A stretch of DNA of 63,915 nucleotides, the filler included, from Octopus bimaculoides (lineage: Eukaryota): the NCBI RefSeq assembly GCF_001194135.2. It is 6 parts of 6 records of this genome, joined end to end, with 100 filler letters (N's around TTAATTAATTAA, not from the genome) between each part and the next. Parts side by side here need not be neighbours in the genome. Positions count along the whole stretch, not along the records: positions 1 to 29,566 come from NC_068983.1; 5 more parts are not named here. One strand, given 5' to 3'. Of the stretch, positions 1 to 12,084 are shown one piece after another. Both the position numbers and the translations under genes were made by a program. Position 1 is the first letter of the stretch. Each line of letters starts with the position of its first letter. The notes under the pieces are model-generated. The model did no database searches, was not told the DNA's origin, and was given only the letters and a program-made list of their open reading frames with translations.

Positions 1-577
1 TATATATATATATATATATGAAATACAAAATGGGACAAGAACGCAAAAACATCCGGACAGTTAGGTGATACAAAAATGGGACAACAAAACATCCAGATAG
101 ACGATACAAAGAAAACAAGTACAGGTCATTCGAAGTTTTCTTTCCTCAGTCGAGTACCAGATTATCTTCGCAATTTCTGCTGATTATACTCGAGATTGCG
201 AATGTATATAAAAAGAAGGACGGATATATATGTGTTTGTGTTCGGGCGTATGTTCGTGTGTGTGTGTGTGTGTGTGTGTGTATTACACCGTCGTCGTCGT
301 CGTCGGTTTTATTTCATATCCAAGAATTTATTTTCTTCCTTGCTGAACGCTTTCTTTATGGTGATGTCGCTCAAGACTCGGTAGATCAATTCTTGGCAAT
401 GTTGGTGAAGGACGAGGTTGATTTTGTCGAGCCTCTCTCTCCTGTTTGTGCGATTCCATCCTTCTCTCTTCTGGTGGCTTCGAACGCTTTGATTCCGAGG
501 TACGGTCTCGGGTTTGTGCTTCAAATGATTTAGGGTCAATTCCAGTTTGTATTTAAATTGCATATATACATACATAT

Positions 578-706
578 TCGGTTTCTGCGACTGCGGCCAT
601 GGTGGAGCACCACCTTTAGTCGAGAAAATCGACCCCAGGACTTATTCTTTGTAAGCCTAGTACTTATTCTATCTGTCTCTTTTTGCCGAACCATTAAGTT
701 ACGGTT

Positions 707-742
<36 letters not shown>

Positions 743-937
743 GTATATATATATATATATATATACATATATACGACGGTCTTCTTTCAGTTTCCGTCTA
801 CCACATCCACTCACAAGGCTTTGGTCGACCCGAGGCTATAGTAGAAGACACTTGCCCAAGTTGCCACGCAGTGGGACTGAACCCAGAACCATGTGGTTGG
901 TAAGCAAGCTACTTACCATACAGCCATTCCTGCGCCT
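578..937 (-). mobile_element. SINE family A (tRNA-like head, CCTTGGGCAAG CORE-like segment, internal CA/TA microsatellite, conserved 3' module)
   Basis: Nearly identical to the copies at 14984, 20650 and 55895. Confidence 0.85.
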
Positions 938-1324
938 ATTAAATTAATATAAAAAGTTAGGCGCATTAAAATATCATAAAGAGAAATTCTTATCGTCACT
1001 AAAAGCCACCGAGGGTGTCGAAGCACCTATATTGCTTGAAATAAGAGTTAATATCTATATTTACACAAATGTATAAATATTTGTGTGATGTATTCCTGCG
1101 TGAATGTGTATGTGTGTGCTTGTGTGTGTCTATGTATATACTTACATGTAATTACATACGTATAAGCATACCTGTAAGTGTATGTATGCATGTCTATGTC
1201 TGTCTTGATACATGCCCTTAGGTATTTATCTTCGTATATTTATTAACATCCGAGCCGATACGTATCGTGTGTACTGTACATATGTATGAATATAAACCTG
1301 TGTATATCTATGCATATATATATA

Positions 1325-1439
1325 GGCTTTGGTCGACCCGAGGCTATAGTAGAAGACACTTGCCCAAGGTGCCACGCAGTAGGACTGAACCCAGAACCAT
1401 GTGGTTGGTAAGCAAGCTACTTACCACACAGCCACTCCT
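1325..1439 (-). mobile_element. SINE family A head fragment
   Basis: Repeats 837-930 almost exactly. Confidence 0.8.
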
Positions 1440-2627
1440 ATATATATATATATATATATNNNNNNNNNNNNNNNNNNNNNNNNNNNNNNNNNNNNNNNNN
1501 NNNNNNNNNNNNNNNNNNNNNNNNNNNNNNNNNNNNNNNNNNNNNNNNNNNNNNNNNNNNNNNNNNNNNNNNNNNNNNNNNNNNNNNNNNNNNNNNNNNN
1601 NNNNNNNNNNNNNNNNNNNNNNNNNNNNNNNNNNAGATAGATAGAATTTGCCTAGTAAATTACTTTATTTACTAAAAAATCCGAAACCTATAGGTCTAAC
1701 CGTTAAAATAAGGTAAAAGTTTTTATTTTTTCTTTCCCTTTGTAATTGCTTAATTTTTGTGGTTTTCGATCGTTTGACTGCCTTCTAACGTGTAGAAATT
1801 GCCTGTTATCGTTAATTTCTCTTATATTTTATATTGAGTATCTTTATAGATAGATATATAGATATATATATATATATAGATATATGCATATATATCGTGT
1901 GTGTATGTGCGCGTACGTATATATATCAGAATATATGAAAATGCTTGTATATGAAATTGAACTGTATATGTGTGCATGTGTATGCATATGGCGAGATCTA
2001 TGTTTGCGAACTCAGATGCGTATAGAGTCTGTAGCTACACAAACGCTTATTTGTATCATGTTACTGATGAAGAATATATAGTTACACTGAAATTTACAAT
2101 GGCATTAAATAATAATCCTCTTTATCTTCGAAGCCAGTACTTTAAAACAAACCTCTTCTTTGTTGAGAATATGCTTAAGATGCGATCGTTTAATATAAAC
2201 CACTGAATTTGATATATCTTTGATCCGTGGTCCGAGACAATTGTAACCTATTGCAAATGTATTTGCATACATGAGAGTGGTTCTTAACTGTAGCATAAGT
2301 AGCATAAAGACAGCCACAAATTTCCTGCATAATATATAACCTACCAAGCAAAAGCCACATGACTAGATTCAGCAGCGCTTTCAACACAACTACTGAATGT
2401 GACCTGCCTATGACCTACCCGTGACCTGGCCTCCTATATAAATCATCGCCTGTGCTAACATACCAGCGAGAATGAGCCCAAACAATAGCATATACGTAAG
2501 TAATAAATAATTTCTTACGCCAAATATAATCAATTTAGTAGAAGCCATGTAACATGTTTTAGCGAAGCTTTAACTTTCGAACCAGGAAATATCTTTATTA
2601 TCAATCTCTTTGTATTACTTCCAATAA

Positions 2628-2868
2628 GTGGAGGCGCAATGGCCCAGTGGTTAGGGCAGCAAACTCGCGGTCATAGGATCGCGGTTTCGATTCTCAGACC
2701 GGGCGTTGTGAGTGTTTATTGAGCGAAAACACCTAAAAGCTCCACGAGGCTCCGGCAGGGGATGGTGGTGAACCCTGCTGTACTCTTTCACCACAATTTT
2801 CTCTCATTCTTACTTCCTGTTTCTGTTGTGCCTGTATTTCAAAGGGCCAGCCTTGTCACACTGCGCCA
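2628..2868 (+). mobile_element. 3'-truncated SINE family B
   Basis: Same head and body as 54004-54240. Confidence 0.8.
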
Positions 2869-3184
2869 CGAATATAATCATTTCTACTCTATACTATTTT
2901 AACACCTTTACTGGTTTCAGTCATTGGACAGCAGCCATTCCAGTGCACTGGTTTCAAGAGTTTTAATCGATCATATCGACACCAATCGATACTTGCAGCA
3001 GCCTGCTACTTCTGTTATTGATCGCTATTTGTTCAAAAACATTAAGGTATACAACACCAACAGAAATACGTATTTATCATACATACAGACACACACACCT
3101 ACAGACTTCTCTTCACGTCTACCTACCGTTCGTTAATTCATTCTTCTGTCTCTTTTATTCTTAAGATCTCACCTTTCTCTTTTC

Positions 3185-3193
3185 GTGTTTAGT

Positions 3194-3264
<71 letters not shown>

Positions 3265-3420
3265 ATGTCTGTATGTATCACTCATTCTTCCTCCACCTTT
3301 TTCTCTCTCTCTCTCTCTTTCTCTCTTTCACTCTCTCTTTCTCTCTTTCACTCTCTCTTTCTCTATTTCACTCTCTCTTTCTCTCTTTCACTCTCTCTTT
3401 CTCTCTCACTCCCTCCCTCA
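3185..3420. repeat. (CT)n tract and CT-rich 18-20 bp minisatellite
   Basis: ctctctttcactctctcttt units. Confidence 0.85.
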
Positions 3421-3602
3421 CACACTACTTGTTTCCATCTCTCTTTACATACATGTCTTGTTTGCTAGTGTCAACCGCCCACCTCTTTTTCTCCGACTAT
3501 TCCACTCCCTTTCTGATTCTCATATTACTCCTGTTTGCTAGCAAGGAACGTAACATAGGTATCTTTCACTAATTCTTTTTGCCTCCCTCTCTCTCTCTTT
3601 CT

Positions 3603-3646
<44 letters not shown>

Positions 3647-3729
3647 CCTGGCCGAGCCAGATTTCTGTTAGAAGCCTGCGAAGCTTTAAGATGCAGAGAG
3701 CCGAATCAAACTGTTTTTGAATAATAATG

Positions 3730-3774
<45 letters not shown>

Positions 3775-4327
3775 TTTGCAGTACCAGGCAGTGACTCTCA
3801 TGACTTCTGATCTGAACTGATTGGAAGTGTTATCATGTACATTGTTTCGTCTTGGTATAAAAGATGGGCTAGGCTATAGCAAATATTCTGCTCAATACTA
3901 CAGAATTGCTTGTCAGTTATTTGGCCTTAACCAGCTGAGCATGTCCCTTGGTGGCTAATGATATGCTCATCTCTGATCACGAGCAGAAGTATGGGGGAGC
4001 ATCATGGCCATGTGTTGAGAGGAATTCTTTGGACTTTGAATAATTCACCTCTTGAAACATGGGTGTTTCATTCAACATTCACCCTTAAACAACCCTTATT
4101 CAAGAACCATTTGAGCGGGATGGGTTACTCGACCTGAAAAAAATTCTAACTGGGCCCCACCTGCAAGGTCATGCGCTGTTTATCTTGAGATCACCATGTC
4201 GCGCACATGTGGTTGTGATGCATGTGCCTGGTGTACCCTTATCAGACGGGTAGTCATGATGAGTATACTGGGCTTCGTATATTTGTACCCCAGTGTCACT
4301 TTGATGGCATACGTTGGTTTCTCACTC
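3775..4327 (+). repeat. Unclassified interspersed repeat bounded by (TAA)n on both sides; partial second copy at about 11095-11310
   Basis: caaatattctgctcaat..cagctgagcatgtccctt..gggggagcatcat.gccatgtgttgagagg is shared by 3880-4045 and 11145-11310. Confidence 0.65.
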
Positions 4328-4384
4328 AATAATAATAATAATAATAAATTTTTTTTTTAAATTTAAATAAACAACCATGACAAT

Positions 4385-4675
4385 TTGGAGTGGGAAATAA
4401 GAAGGTTGTGGTCAATGAAGAGAGTAGACGTAATACCAATAAAAATCGGTGCTCTTGGAAGTATTAGCATTCACCTACCAACATGGCTGAAAAAGATTGG
4501 TGCAAGTGTGAAGGTAGAACACCTGCAAAAATCAGCATTGCCTGCAAGAATTCTTCTCAGGGTTCTTGAAGCATAACCAGTAAACAAGTGTCGCCTTAGT
4601 CTGCTGGGTGTAGACAGCTGACACTTTACATCATACCCAGCAAAATAAGCTGTGTGTTTCCATATAATAATAATT

Positions 4676-4722
<47 letters not shown>
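4385..4722 (+). mobile_element. 5'-truncated R4/Dong-like (RLE-type) non-LTR retrotransposon 3' end with (TAA)n tail
   Basis: EIRRLWSMKRVDVIPIKIGALGSI..HLQKSAL..ARILLRVLEA*, a typical RLE C-terminus. The 3'UTR is shared with the copy at 18.5 kb; (TAA)n at about 4664-4722. Confidence 0.75.
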
Positions 4723-4724
<2 letters not shown>

Positions 4725-5045
4725 ATGTATATAACACTGTCTCTAGTCATGCAGCTCTCATACGGCCATAACCCTTTTCTTTCTGTGTTCTCTATCTTCT
4801 GAATGTTACAACCCTTTCCTCCACTTTCTCCTTGCATTTCCTCCACTTCTAGTCTTTCATTCCTCCCTCAAACACACACACGCACACACACACAAATGCT
4901 CATGCACACTCGCTCTCCTTTTTCTCCTCTTTTTCTCTATAGCACACATTATTATCTCTACTCTGTACTATAGCCCTACTTCTCTATAGCCCCTTCCGCA
5001 AAAGCTTATATTCTCCATCTTTCTCCCTGCCTCTCAAATTATTTC

Positions 5046-5047
<2 letters not shown>

Positions 5048-5085
<38 letters not shown>

Positions 5086-5108
5086 CCTATATATATTTAT
5101 CTATCTAC

Positions 5109-5140
<32 letters not shown>

Positions 5141-5261
5141 NNNNNNNNNNNNNNNNNNNNNNNNNNNNNNNNNNNNNNNNNNNNNNNNNNNNNNNNNNNN
5201 NNNNNNNNNNNNNNNNNTATATATATATACCTATCTATCTATCTATCTATCTCTCTATCTT

Positions 5262-5316
<55 letters not shown>

Positions 5317-5318
5317 CC
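5048..5318. repeat. (CTAT)n tetranucleotide microsatellite with gap
   Basis: Seen directly. Confidence 0.9.
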
Positions 5319-5795
5319 CATCCTAACTGTTCTCTGTATCTTTATTATCAAGAGAAAATAATGGCGATAGACTAGTAAATATATTTGTCTTTAGAGATGA
5401 AATGTTTAGCTGAAACATTCCAATTTGAAAATGGATGTTTGTGCAACTAAATGAAGTATTGTAATGCTTTATCGATTATTGAACTTAACTTGGAAAATAA
5501 TAAACACAGAACACAAAAAAAATTTCAGGGTATTACGTAAAACAGTGACTTGATCACTTCAAAAGCTACATATGTATGTATATACGGACAGACAGATATA
5601 CGAGTATGCATACATACTTGCTTACATAAATGCATATACACTATACAGTATATTGATATGCACATATAAAAGCATGCATATAAAACACACACATACACAC
5701 ACATACAGACATGTGGTTGTTTGCATACGAATATATGTATAGATATACATGCATGTGTTTACATATACTTGCATGCACACGCAAACACACACGCA

Positions 5796-5864
<69 letters not shown>

Positions 5865-6662
5865 TGTACATGCATTAGTTTTTCTCTCGTTTGTACATGA
5901 AAAAATATGTGTGTGTGTGTGAGTATGTTAGTATGCATGACTGTATCAATGCATTTATGTATATGTATGTATATATNNNNNNNNNNNNNNNNNNNNNNNN
6001 NNNNNNNNNNNNNNNNNNNNNNNNNNNNNNNNNNNNNNNNNNNNNNNNNNNNNNNNNNNNNNNNNNNNNNNNNNNNNNNNNNNNNNNNNNNNNNNNNNNN
6101 NNNNNNNNNNNNNNNNNNNNNNNNNNNNNNNNNNNNNNNNNNNNNNNNNNNNNNNNNNNNNNNNNNNNNNNNNNNNNNNNNNNNNNNNNNNNNNNNNNNN
6201 NNNNNNNNNNNNNNNNNNNNNNNNNNNNNNNNNNNNNNNNNNNNNNNNNNNNNNNNNNNNNNNNNNNNNNNNNNNNNNNNNNNNNNNNNNNNNNNNNATA
6301 TATATATGTATATCATTTGAAAGTAGCAATACCGAAGACAAAGTGAGTACATTGTGTACTGCTGAATGATGCCCGGTGAAAGGTGAGAGAGTCGATATGT
6401 CTCTGGCCTTCCCAGCTTCAGATTTTCTTCAGTATGATCGAAGGAGGTTCAGCTTTTATGCAACGTCACAGACAATGTGATAGAAGGAAACGTGTAAAGA
6501 AAAAAGAATAGGAAACGTTGGTAATGTACAAATATGCGTTGGTTCATCTCAGGTAATGTTGAAAACACCGATGGTTGAATAACCGGAAGTGAAGCAGATG
6601 GTAAGAGTTTTCATATGTACAAGACTAATTGAGTGTTCTGTTTCATCTATATATATTTTCGA

Positions 6663-6736
6663 TGGCCAGATAACTGAAGAGATGGCGGCGTGGGTTTCCG
6701 CCCCGACATCCGAAACTCGGAGCTTTATCATGGCTA
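6663..6736 (+). ncRNA. Type I hammerhead-ribozyme-like fold (probably an inactivated relic of a Penelope-like element)
   Basis: Stem I 6663-6673/6725-6736 (11 bp, one bulge); CUGAAGA 6674-6680; stem II GAUG/CAUC plus GCGG/CCGC; GAAA 6712-6715; quasi-palindromic stem III CUC-G-GAG. The cleavage triplet is GCU instead of NUH, and there is one extra C before GAAA. Confidence 0.55.
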
Positions 6737-6989
6737 CCGAATAATTGTCACATATTATTTACAGATAATTTCCTTTATTTACATAATATCGAGGTCTCTT
6801 TCTTTCTTTTGCTGTCTTACCTTTTCTATCAATATATATTAGAAGAAATAGAACACAAACACTATTTTTGATATTTTTAATATCGTTGAAATTTTTTAAA
6901 ATTATTTTGCTTCTACAGCCGTTTCAATAACAATCAGGAATGCTGAGATCCCCGTAAATACAAATAATCAATAATAGTAATTATAATAT

Positions 6990-7201
6990 TGTTTTACATT
7001 TATCAGTCATTAGACTACAGCCATGCTGGGGCACCGCGTCAAAGGATTCTTTTGTCGAATGAATCTTCCCAATTACTTACTTTCTTTAATCTAGGTACTT
7101 ATTCTATCGGTCTCTTTTGCCGAACCGTTTGGTTAAGGGGACGTAAACACACCAGCACCGGTTGCGAAGCGGTGGTGGGGATAAAGGCAGACACAATGAT
7201 G

Positions 7202-7300
<99 letters not shown>

Positions 7301-7400
7301 ACACACTTACACACTTGAGATGAACTTCCTTCAGTTTCCGTCTACCAAATCTACCCACAAAACTTTGGTCTGCACAAAGCTATAATTGAAAACACTAGCG
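6990..7400 (-). mobile_element. SINE family A, diverged, with expanded (CA)n
   Basis: cagtcattagact..ccatgctggggcaccg..gtaaacacacc..(CA)n..cagtttccgtctaccaaatc. Confidence 0.7.
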
Positions 7401-8197
7401 TAATTGATGTGTGTGTGCGTGTGAGAGCGCACGTGTGTTTGTGTTCGTGCGTGTGTGTGTGTGTGTGTGTGCGTGCATGTGTGTGCATGTGTGAGCGTGT
7501 GTAATATATGTGTGTGTGTGTGTGTGCAATATATGAGGGGATAGTCAATTACATCGACCCCAGGATGAAAGGATGAAAGCCAAAGCCGACCTCGGCCTAA
7601 TTTGAACCCAGAACGAAAAGAATACGCACACAATTATAAATATAATGTCGGAAAATGTATCTCGAAAAGAAGATTAGAGAATAAACGAACAATGCAAGCA
7701 AATAATGAGACAGTATCCGACCCACAAGTATCTACCGCAACAACACAAATCTAGAAACGAAATAATCTCGTCTACATTTATTACATAAAACAGTCTCCCA
7801 AGGATAGTTGAATTCTTTTGTAGAAAGAACGTCAAAACAGCTGACCATCGATTGGTCAGAAATAAACAAATGATGTAAAGAAAGTAACAGGCGATGGTGA
7901 GCCAAGTTTTTTAAAGGTCAGAATTGGACAATTCGAAAAAAAAAAATCTACTTCATTGGTTTAAAAATATAAATTAACATCAGACTACAGGAGCCGAATT
8001 TTGTTTTGAATATTCACTGAAAAAAATGTCAAAATAATGTCCTGTTTCCATCATTGCATTCATTTGAAAATTGCTATTATGGAATATTGTCGAATTTTCT
8101 TCGACTAATATGTCTTTCTACGAATATATCTTTTGGTTAACAAGTTTTCAATCGAAAGTGTTTATGATGAATGCGCCGTGACCTCTCATTAAAACAT

Positions 8198-8565
8198 AGG
8201 CGCAAGCATTATGTATGGTTAAGTTTCTTACTTCCCAGTTATAAGATTCTGGGTTCAGCCCCTTTGTGTGAAACCTTGGACAAGTTTCTTCTACTGTAGC
8301 CTCGAATCATCAGAAGGCTTGTGAGCGGAAGCCCGTCATGTGTGTGTGTGTGTGTTTGTGTGTTTGTCCCACCTACCACCGCTTGAGACCTGGAGGCTGA
8401 TGTGTTTACGTCCCCGTAACTTAGCAGTTCGGCAGTTAGGCTTACAACGAATAAGTCCCGAAGTCGATTTTTTTCGTCTTCAAAAAAATAAACCCTTTAA
8501 GGTGGTGCTCCAGGATGGCCACAGTCAAATGACTGAAACAAGTAAAAAAAATAAAAGAATAAAAG
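8198..8565 (+). mobile_element. SINE family A, diverged
   Basis: aggcgca head ... ccttggacaag ... gtgtttacgtccccgtaacttagc ... gactgaaacaagtaaaa. Confidence 0.7.
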
Positions 8566-8690
8566 AATATATATATAAAATATGTGTTCATTAGTGCGAT
8601 AATGTTAGTAATGCTAATGAAGTTATATTGGAAGTAGAGCAGTNNNNNNNNNNNNNNNNNNNNNNNNNNNNNNNNNNNNNNNNNNNNNNN

Positions 8691-8944
8691 NCAGCTGCCG
8701 GTACGCGGCGAGTTTCCAGGGAAAAAAAAAGAAACATTATAAAATGCTTATAAAATGCTTATGTAATATTGTATCATTTGTTTACAAAATAAATATAAGA
8801 TTTTAAAAATTGTCAACTTTTATTATATTCATTATATATATTGTTTCCGGTATAAATTAATATTTAAGAAATATTACTGGTCTCTGACGCATTGGGAAAA
8901 AAAAAACTGCCGGTACGCCACATCAAATAGCTTGAGAAGCACTG
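8691..8944. mobile_element. Possible end of a non-autonomous hAT element
   Basis: Ends TTGAGAAGCACTG (revcomp CAGTGCTTCTCAA, Charlie-like TIR); repeated ctgccggtacgc subterminal motif; left end lost in gap. Confidence 0.35.
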
Positions 8945-10257
8945 AAGTAAAGAAGTCATTTAACCCTGATTAACCAACCAAATGACCAAAGACAAATTAT
9001 TCACAGTCACCCCTTGTTTTCATATATGTATGAGGACGTACGGTACGTAATTCGATGTATCTCTTCCTCTTTTAAGGCAGTGTTATGTGACTTAAGTGAC
9101 ATTTCGTTGCTGTTTCTAACAGTTTGAAGAGCCTGTCACGTTTATTTGATAATAATTGGTTGAAAGCCAGAAGTGTGATCTATAAATCCTTTATTACAGA
9201 CATAATGTACCTCGTCGCAGGTGAGACAAGAAATTGTGTACACAAACACCTAGTGACTGTAATTCTGTATGGGAACAAACACATCCAGACGTACACACAG
9301 CCGCAGACGTGAAAATACAGACGTAAAGGTAGATACCCATGAACAAAAATATACATACACGTACACATAGACACACGTAAAAACACATGTACACACGAAC
9401 ACGAACATACACATACAGACAGAGAGACGTATAGACATACACAAGCGTACAAACGCATACACAAACACACACACACACGAATACACACACACACACACGT
9501 ACACATGTACATACATACCTACAAACGCAGACAAAAAAACCCACATACACTGATATATATATATATATATATACATACAAAGGAACATATAAGGAAATAA
9601 ACACATAAATAAGTAAATGGTAAATGCAAACATTTTAAATTAAATTTATATTTAATTTCCGGTTGTATTAATAAATTATCAAATGCTACAAATATTATTC
9701 TTCAGCAAATACAAAACATTTTCGCTTAAATGTTCACAATAAAAAAGAACATTCATTCATTCGTGAATTCCTTTATTCGTTCACCCATCCGAATATACTT
9801 TTATTCATATATTGTTTGTGATTGAAATAAGAAATAACTCTGCTGCAATGAGCGATGCATGTGGATATCGATTGAAAAGCCAAATATGAATGGAGTCTGG
9901 TGCAAGGATAGCAAAAGAAATAATTGGTAATGTCAGCACTGAACATGATTTTTTAACATCATAAATCATTGTCTGTGTCGTTTTATTTCGAAGACTAAAA
10001 ATAACTGGGTTGTAGCAGATATCAAAGCCTTAGCCAACGAGTGTGTCTCGATGGTTGTTAGAAATAACGACCAAATTTACCTCTGCACCATGAGTCCATA
10101 GGAGAGGTTCACTCAAGGTAAATAACGCAGTATTGTGTGTTGTAATACAATTTCCACATTATGTTGGAAATAAAGGTTACGTTTTAGTATTTATATTGAT
10201 TCTGTTGCTATAAACTATGTTTTTTTAATAAGCTCACTGGTTATTTGCGACATCAGT

Positions 10258-10615
10258 GTGTGTGTTGGCACTCCGTCGCTTACGACGTCGAGGGTTCCAG
10301 TCGATCCTATCAACGGAACAGCCTGCACGTGAAATTAACGTGCAAGTGGCTGAGCACTCCACAGACACGTGTACCCTTAACGTAGTTCTCGGGGATATTC
10401 AGCGTGACACAGTGTGACAAGGCTGACCCTTTGAATTACAGGCACAACAGAAACAGGAAGTAAGAGTGAGAGAAAGTTGTGGTGAAAGAGTACAGCAGGG
10501 TTCGCCACCATCCCCTGCCGGAGCCTTGTGGAGCTTTAGTTCAATAAACACTCACAACGCCCAGTCTGGGAATCGAAACCGCGATCCTATGACCACTGGG
10601 CCATTGCGCCTCCAC
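10258..10615 (-). mobile_element. Near full-length SINE family B with perfect 11-bp TSD
   Basis: Reverse complement of the 54004 copy with two small deletions; TSD GCGACATCAGT at 10247-10257 and 10616-10626. Confidence 0.85.
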
Positions 10616-11690
10616 GCGACATCAGTACCAGAATAGATACTAATATTCTATATATCGTTGACGGGAGATTCAGTTGTTACGACGCGACCGGATATCTGTT
10701 ACTGAAAGAGCTCAAAACAGAACGAAATCATGTGACTTGACATTTCCGGCGGCCATAGCAGACCGTTCTCGTCTGTCATCAATATATGTACGAGTGATTT
10801 TATGCACCACAAGTCCATATCAGAGACTGTCTCAAGGTAAGTAATGCAGTATTCTGTGTTCTAAACACGACCTCCATGTTTAGCTGGAAATATAAATTAC
10901 TCTTCTGGTATTGATACTGCTTCTGTCTCTATTAATTACACTGTGTAACAACATTTTTATTTTATTTTTTTGTTTTTGGTCAGCAAGTGTTATATACTAG
11001 TTGCTTCTATCTAAAAATTATGCCACTCCGCCCTTTAAACTTTGCTTTTGCGACCTGGAGATCAATATTTTTAAAGTAACCTATTTTCCATTACATTTCA
11101 GATAGATTCAGTACTGAGTTGTAGAAGCAGAAACATCGTTATAACAAATATTCTGCTCAATGTCACAGATTTGTTTGCCAGTTGTTTGACCCTAACCGCT
11201 TGAGCATGTCCCTTAGTGGCTGACAATATGTGCATCTCTGATGATGAGCAGGAGTAGTGGGGGAGCATCATAGCCATGTGTTGAGAGGCATTCTTTGAGG
11301 TTTGAATAAATGTAACAAAAGCGAAGTTTGCTGGAAATATTAACGATTTTTCATACTTTCTAAGAGTAAGACATAACAGTTGGTACTCAAGGGCAAAAAC
11401 CGTGTTATACAGTGTTATTTACGAATAACACTTAAATTTACTCCGCCAACTTCTGGTTGTCTCAGCTCGCACGGTTCTACCGAGAGTGATCTTCGCCGAG
11501 TATCTGAGGCAGCCGGTACTGTGAAAAAATTAGAGTGTTCAGAGCGAACCTTGCCGGTTTGCATACGAAAAACCTTTATCACCTCTAATATTAACTCCTA
11601 ACTTCTGGGAATCTTTAGTGAAGTTTACTCTGTTCTTAACTTTCGGGTCAGGTTTCATTTTCTGAGTGCAAACTATGAATCAGTATCTGG

Positions 11691-11800
11691 AAAATTTTCC
11701 GTAAGAAATTTCACTGAATAAGAAAATTTGCCGTAAGAAATTTCACTGTATAAGAGAATCTGCCGTAAGAAATTTCACTGAACAAGAAAATTCTCCAGGA
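11691..11800. repeat. 32-bp tandem minisatellite (about 3.4 copies)
   Basis: gaaaatt(t/c)(t/g)ccgtaagaaatttcactg(a/t)a(t/c)aa repeated. Confidence 0.8.
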
Positions 11801-12084
11801 TAAATTCGACAAAAAGTCTGATATCAGCATTTTTTTAAATAAAAAAGAAAAGAATGATAACATGTTTTATAAAAGTATTAAATAAGTAAATCTTTATTTA
11901 ACGTAAAACATTAAAAAAAAAAACGTGATGAGGTCATTTAAGATGTAATTTCTCGCGGCGAATTTTCATTCGGCAAAAATGCTTAGAGCAAAATTTCCTA
12001 TTACTCTACGAATCATTGTATTTTTCCTCCATTTCTGTTATCAGCCGTGTAGGATCGATAAAGAGGTCGGGGACATTTATCTTT

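Noticed and set aside
558-947. Recurring ORFs containing TRLWSTRGYSRRHLPK / FSFRLPNPLTRL in many places
   Set aside because: Incidental translations of SINE family A copies.
2628-2705. tRNA-like sequence with A and B boxes (also 54004-54080, 10545-10615, and family A heads)
   Set aside because: It continues into a conserved 300-bp body with a simple tail and TSDs, and forms no proper cloverleaf: a SINE head, not a tRNA gene.
6350-6480. Possible downstream exon of the collagen-like gene on the minus strand
   Set aside because: All frames contain stops; no Gly-X-Y or C1q motifs; it looks like a decayed LINE scrap.
11691-11800. CRISPR-like 32-bp repeats
   Set aside because: Units are directly tandem with no unique spacers; eukaryotic context with no cas genes.
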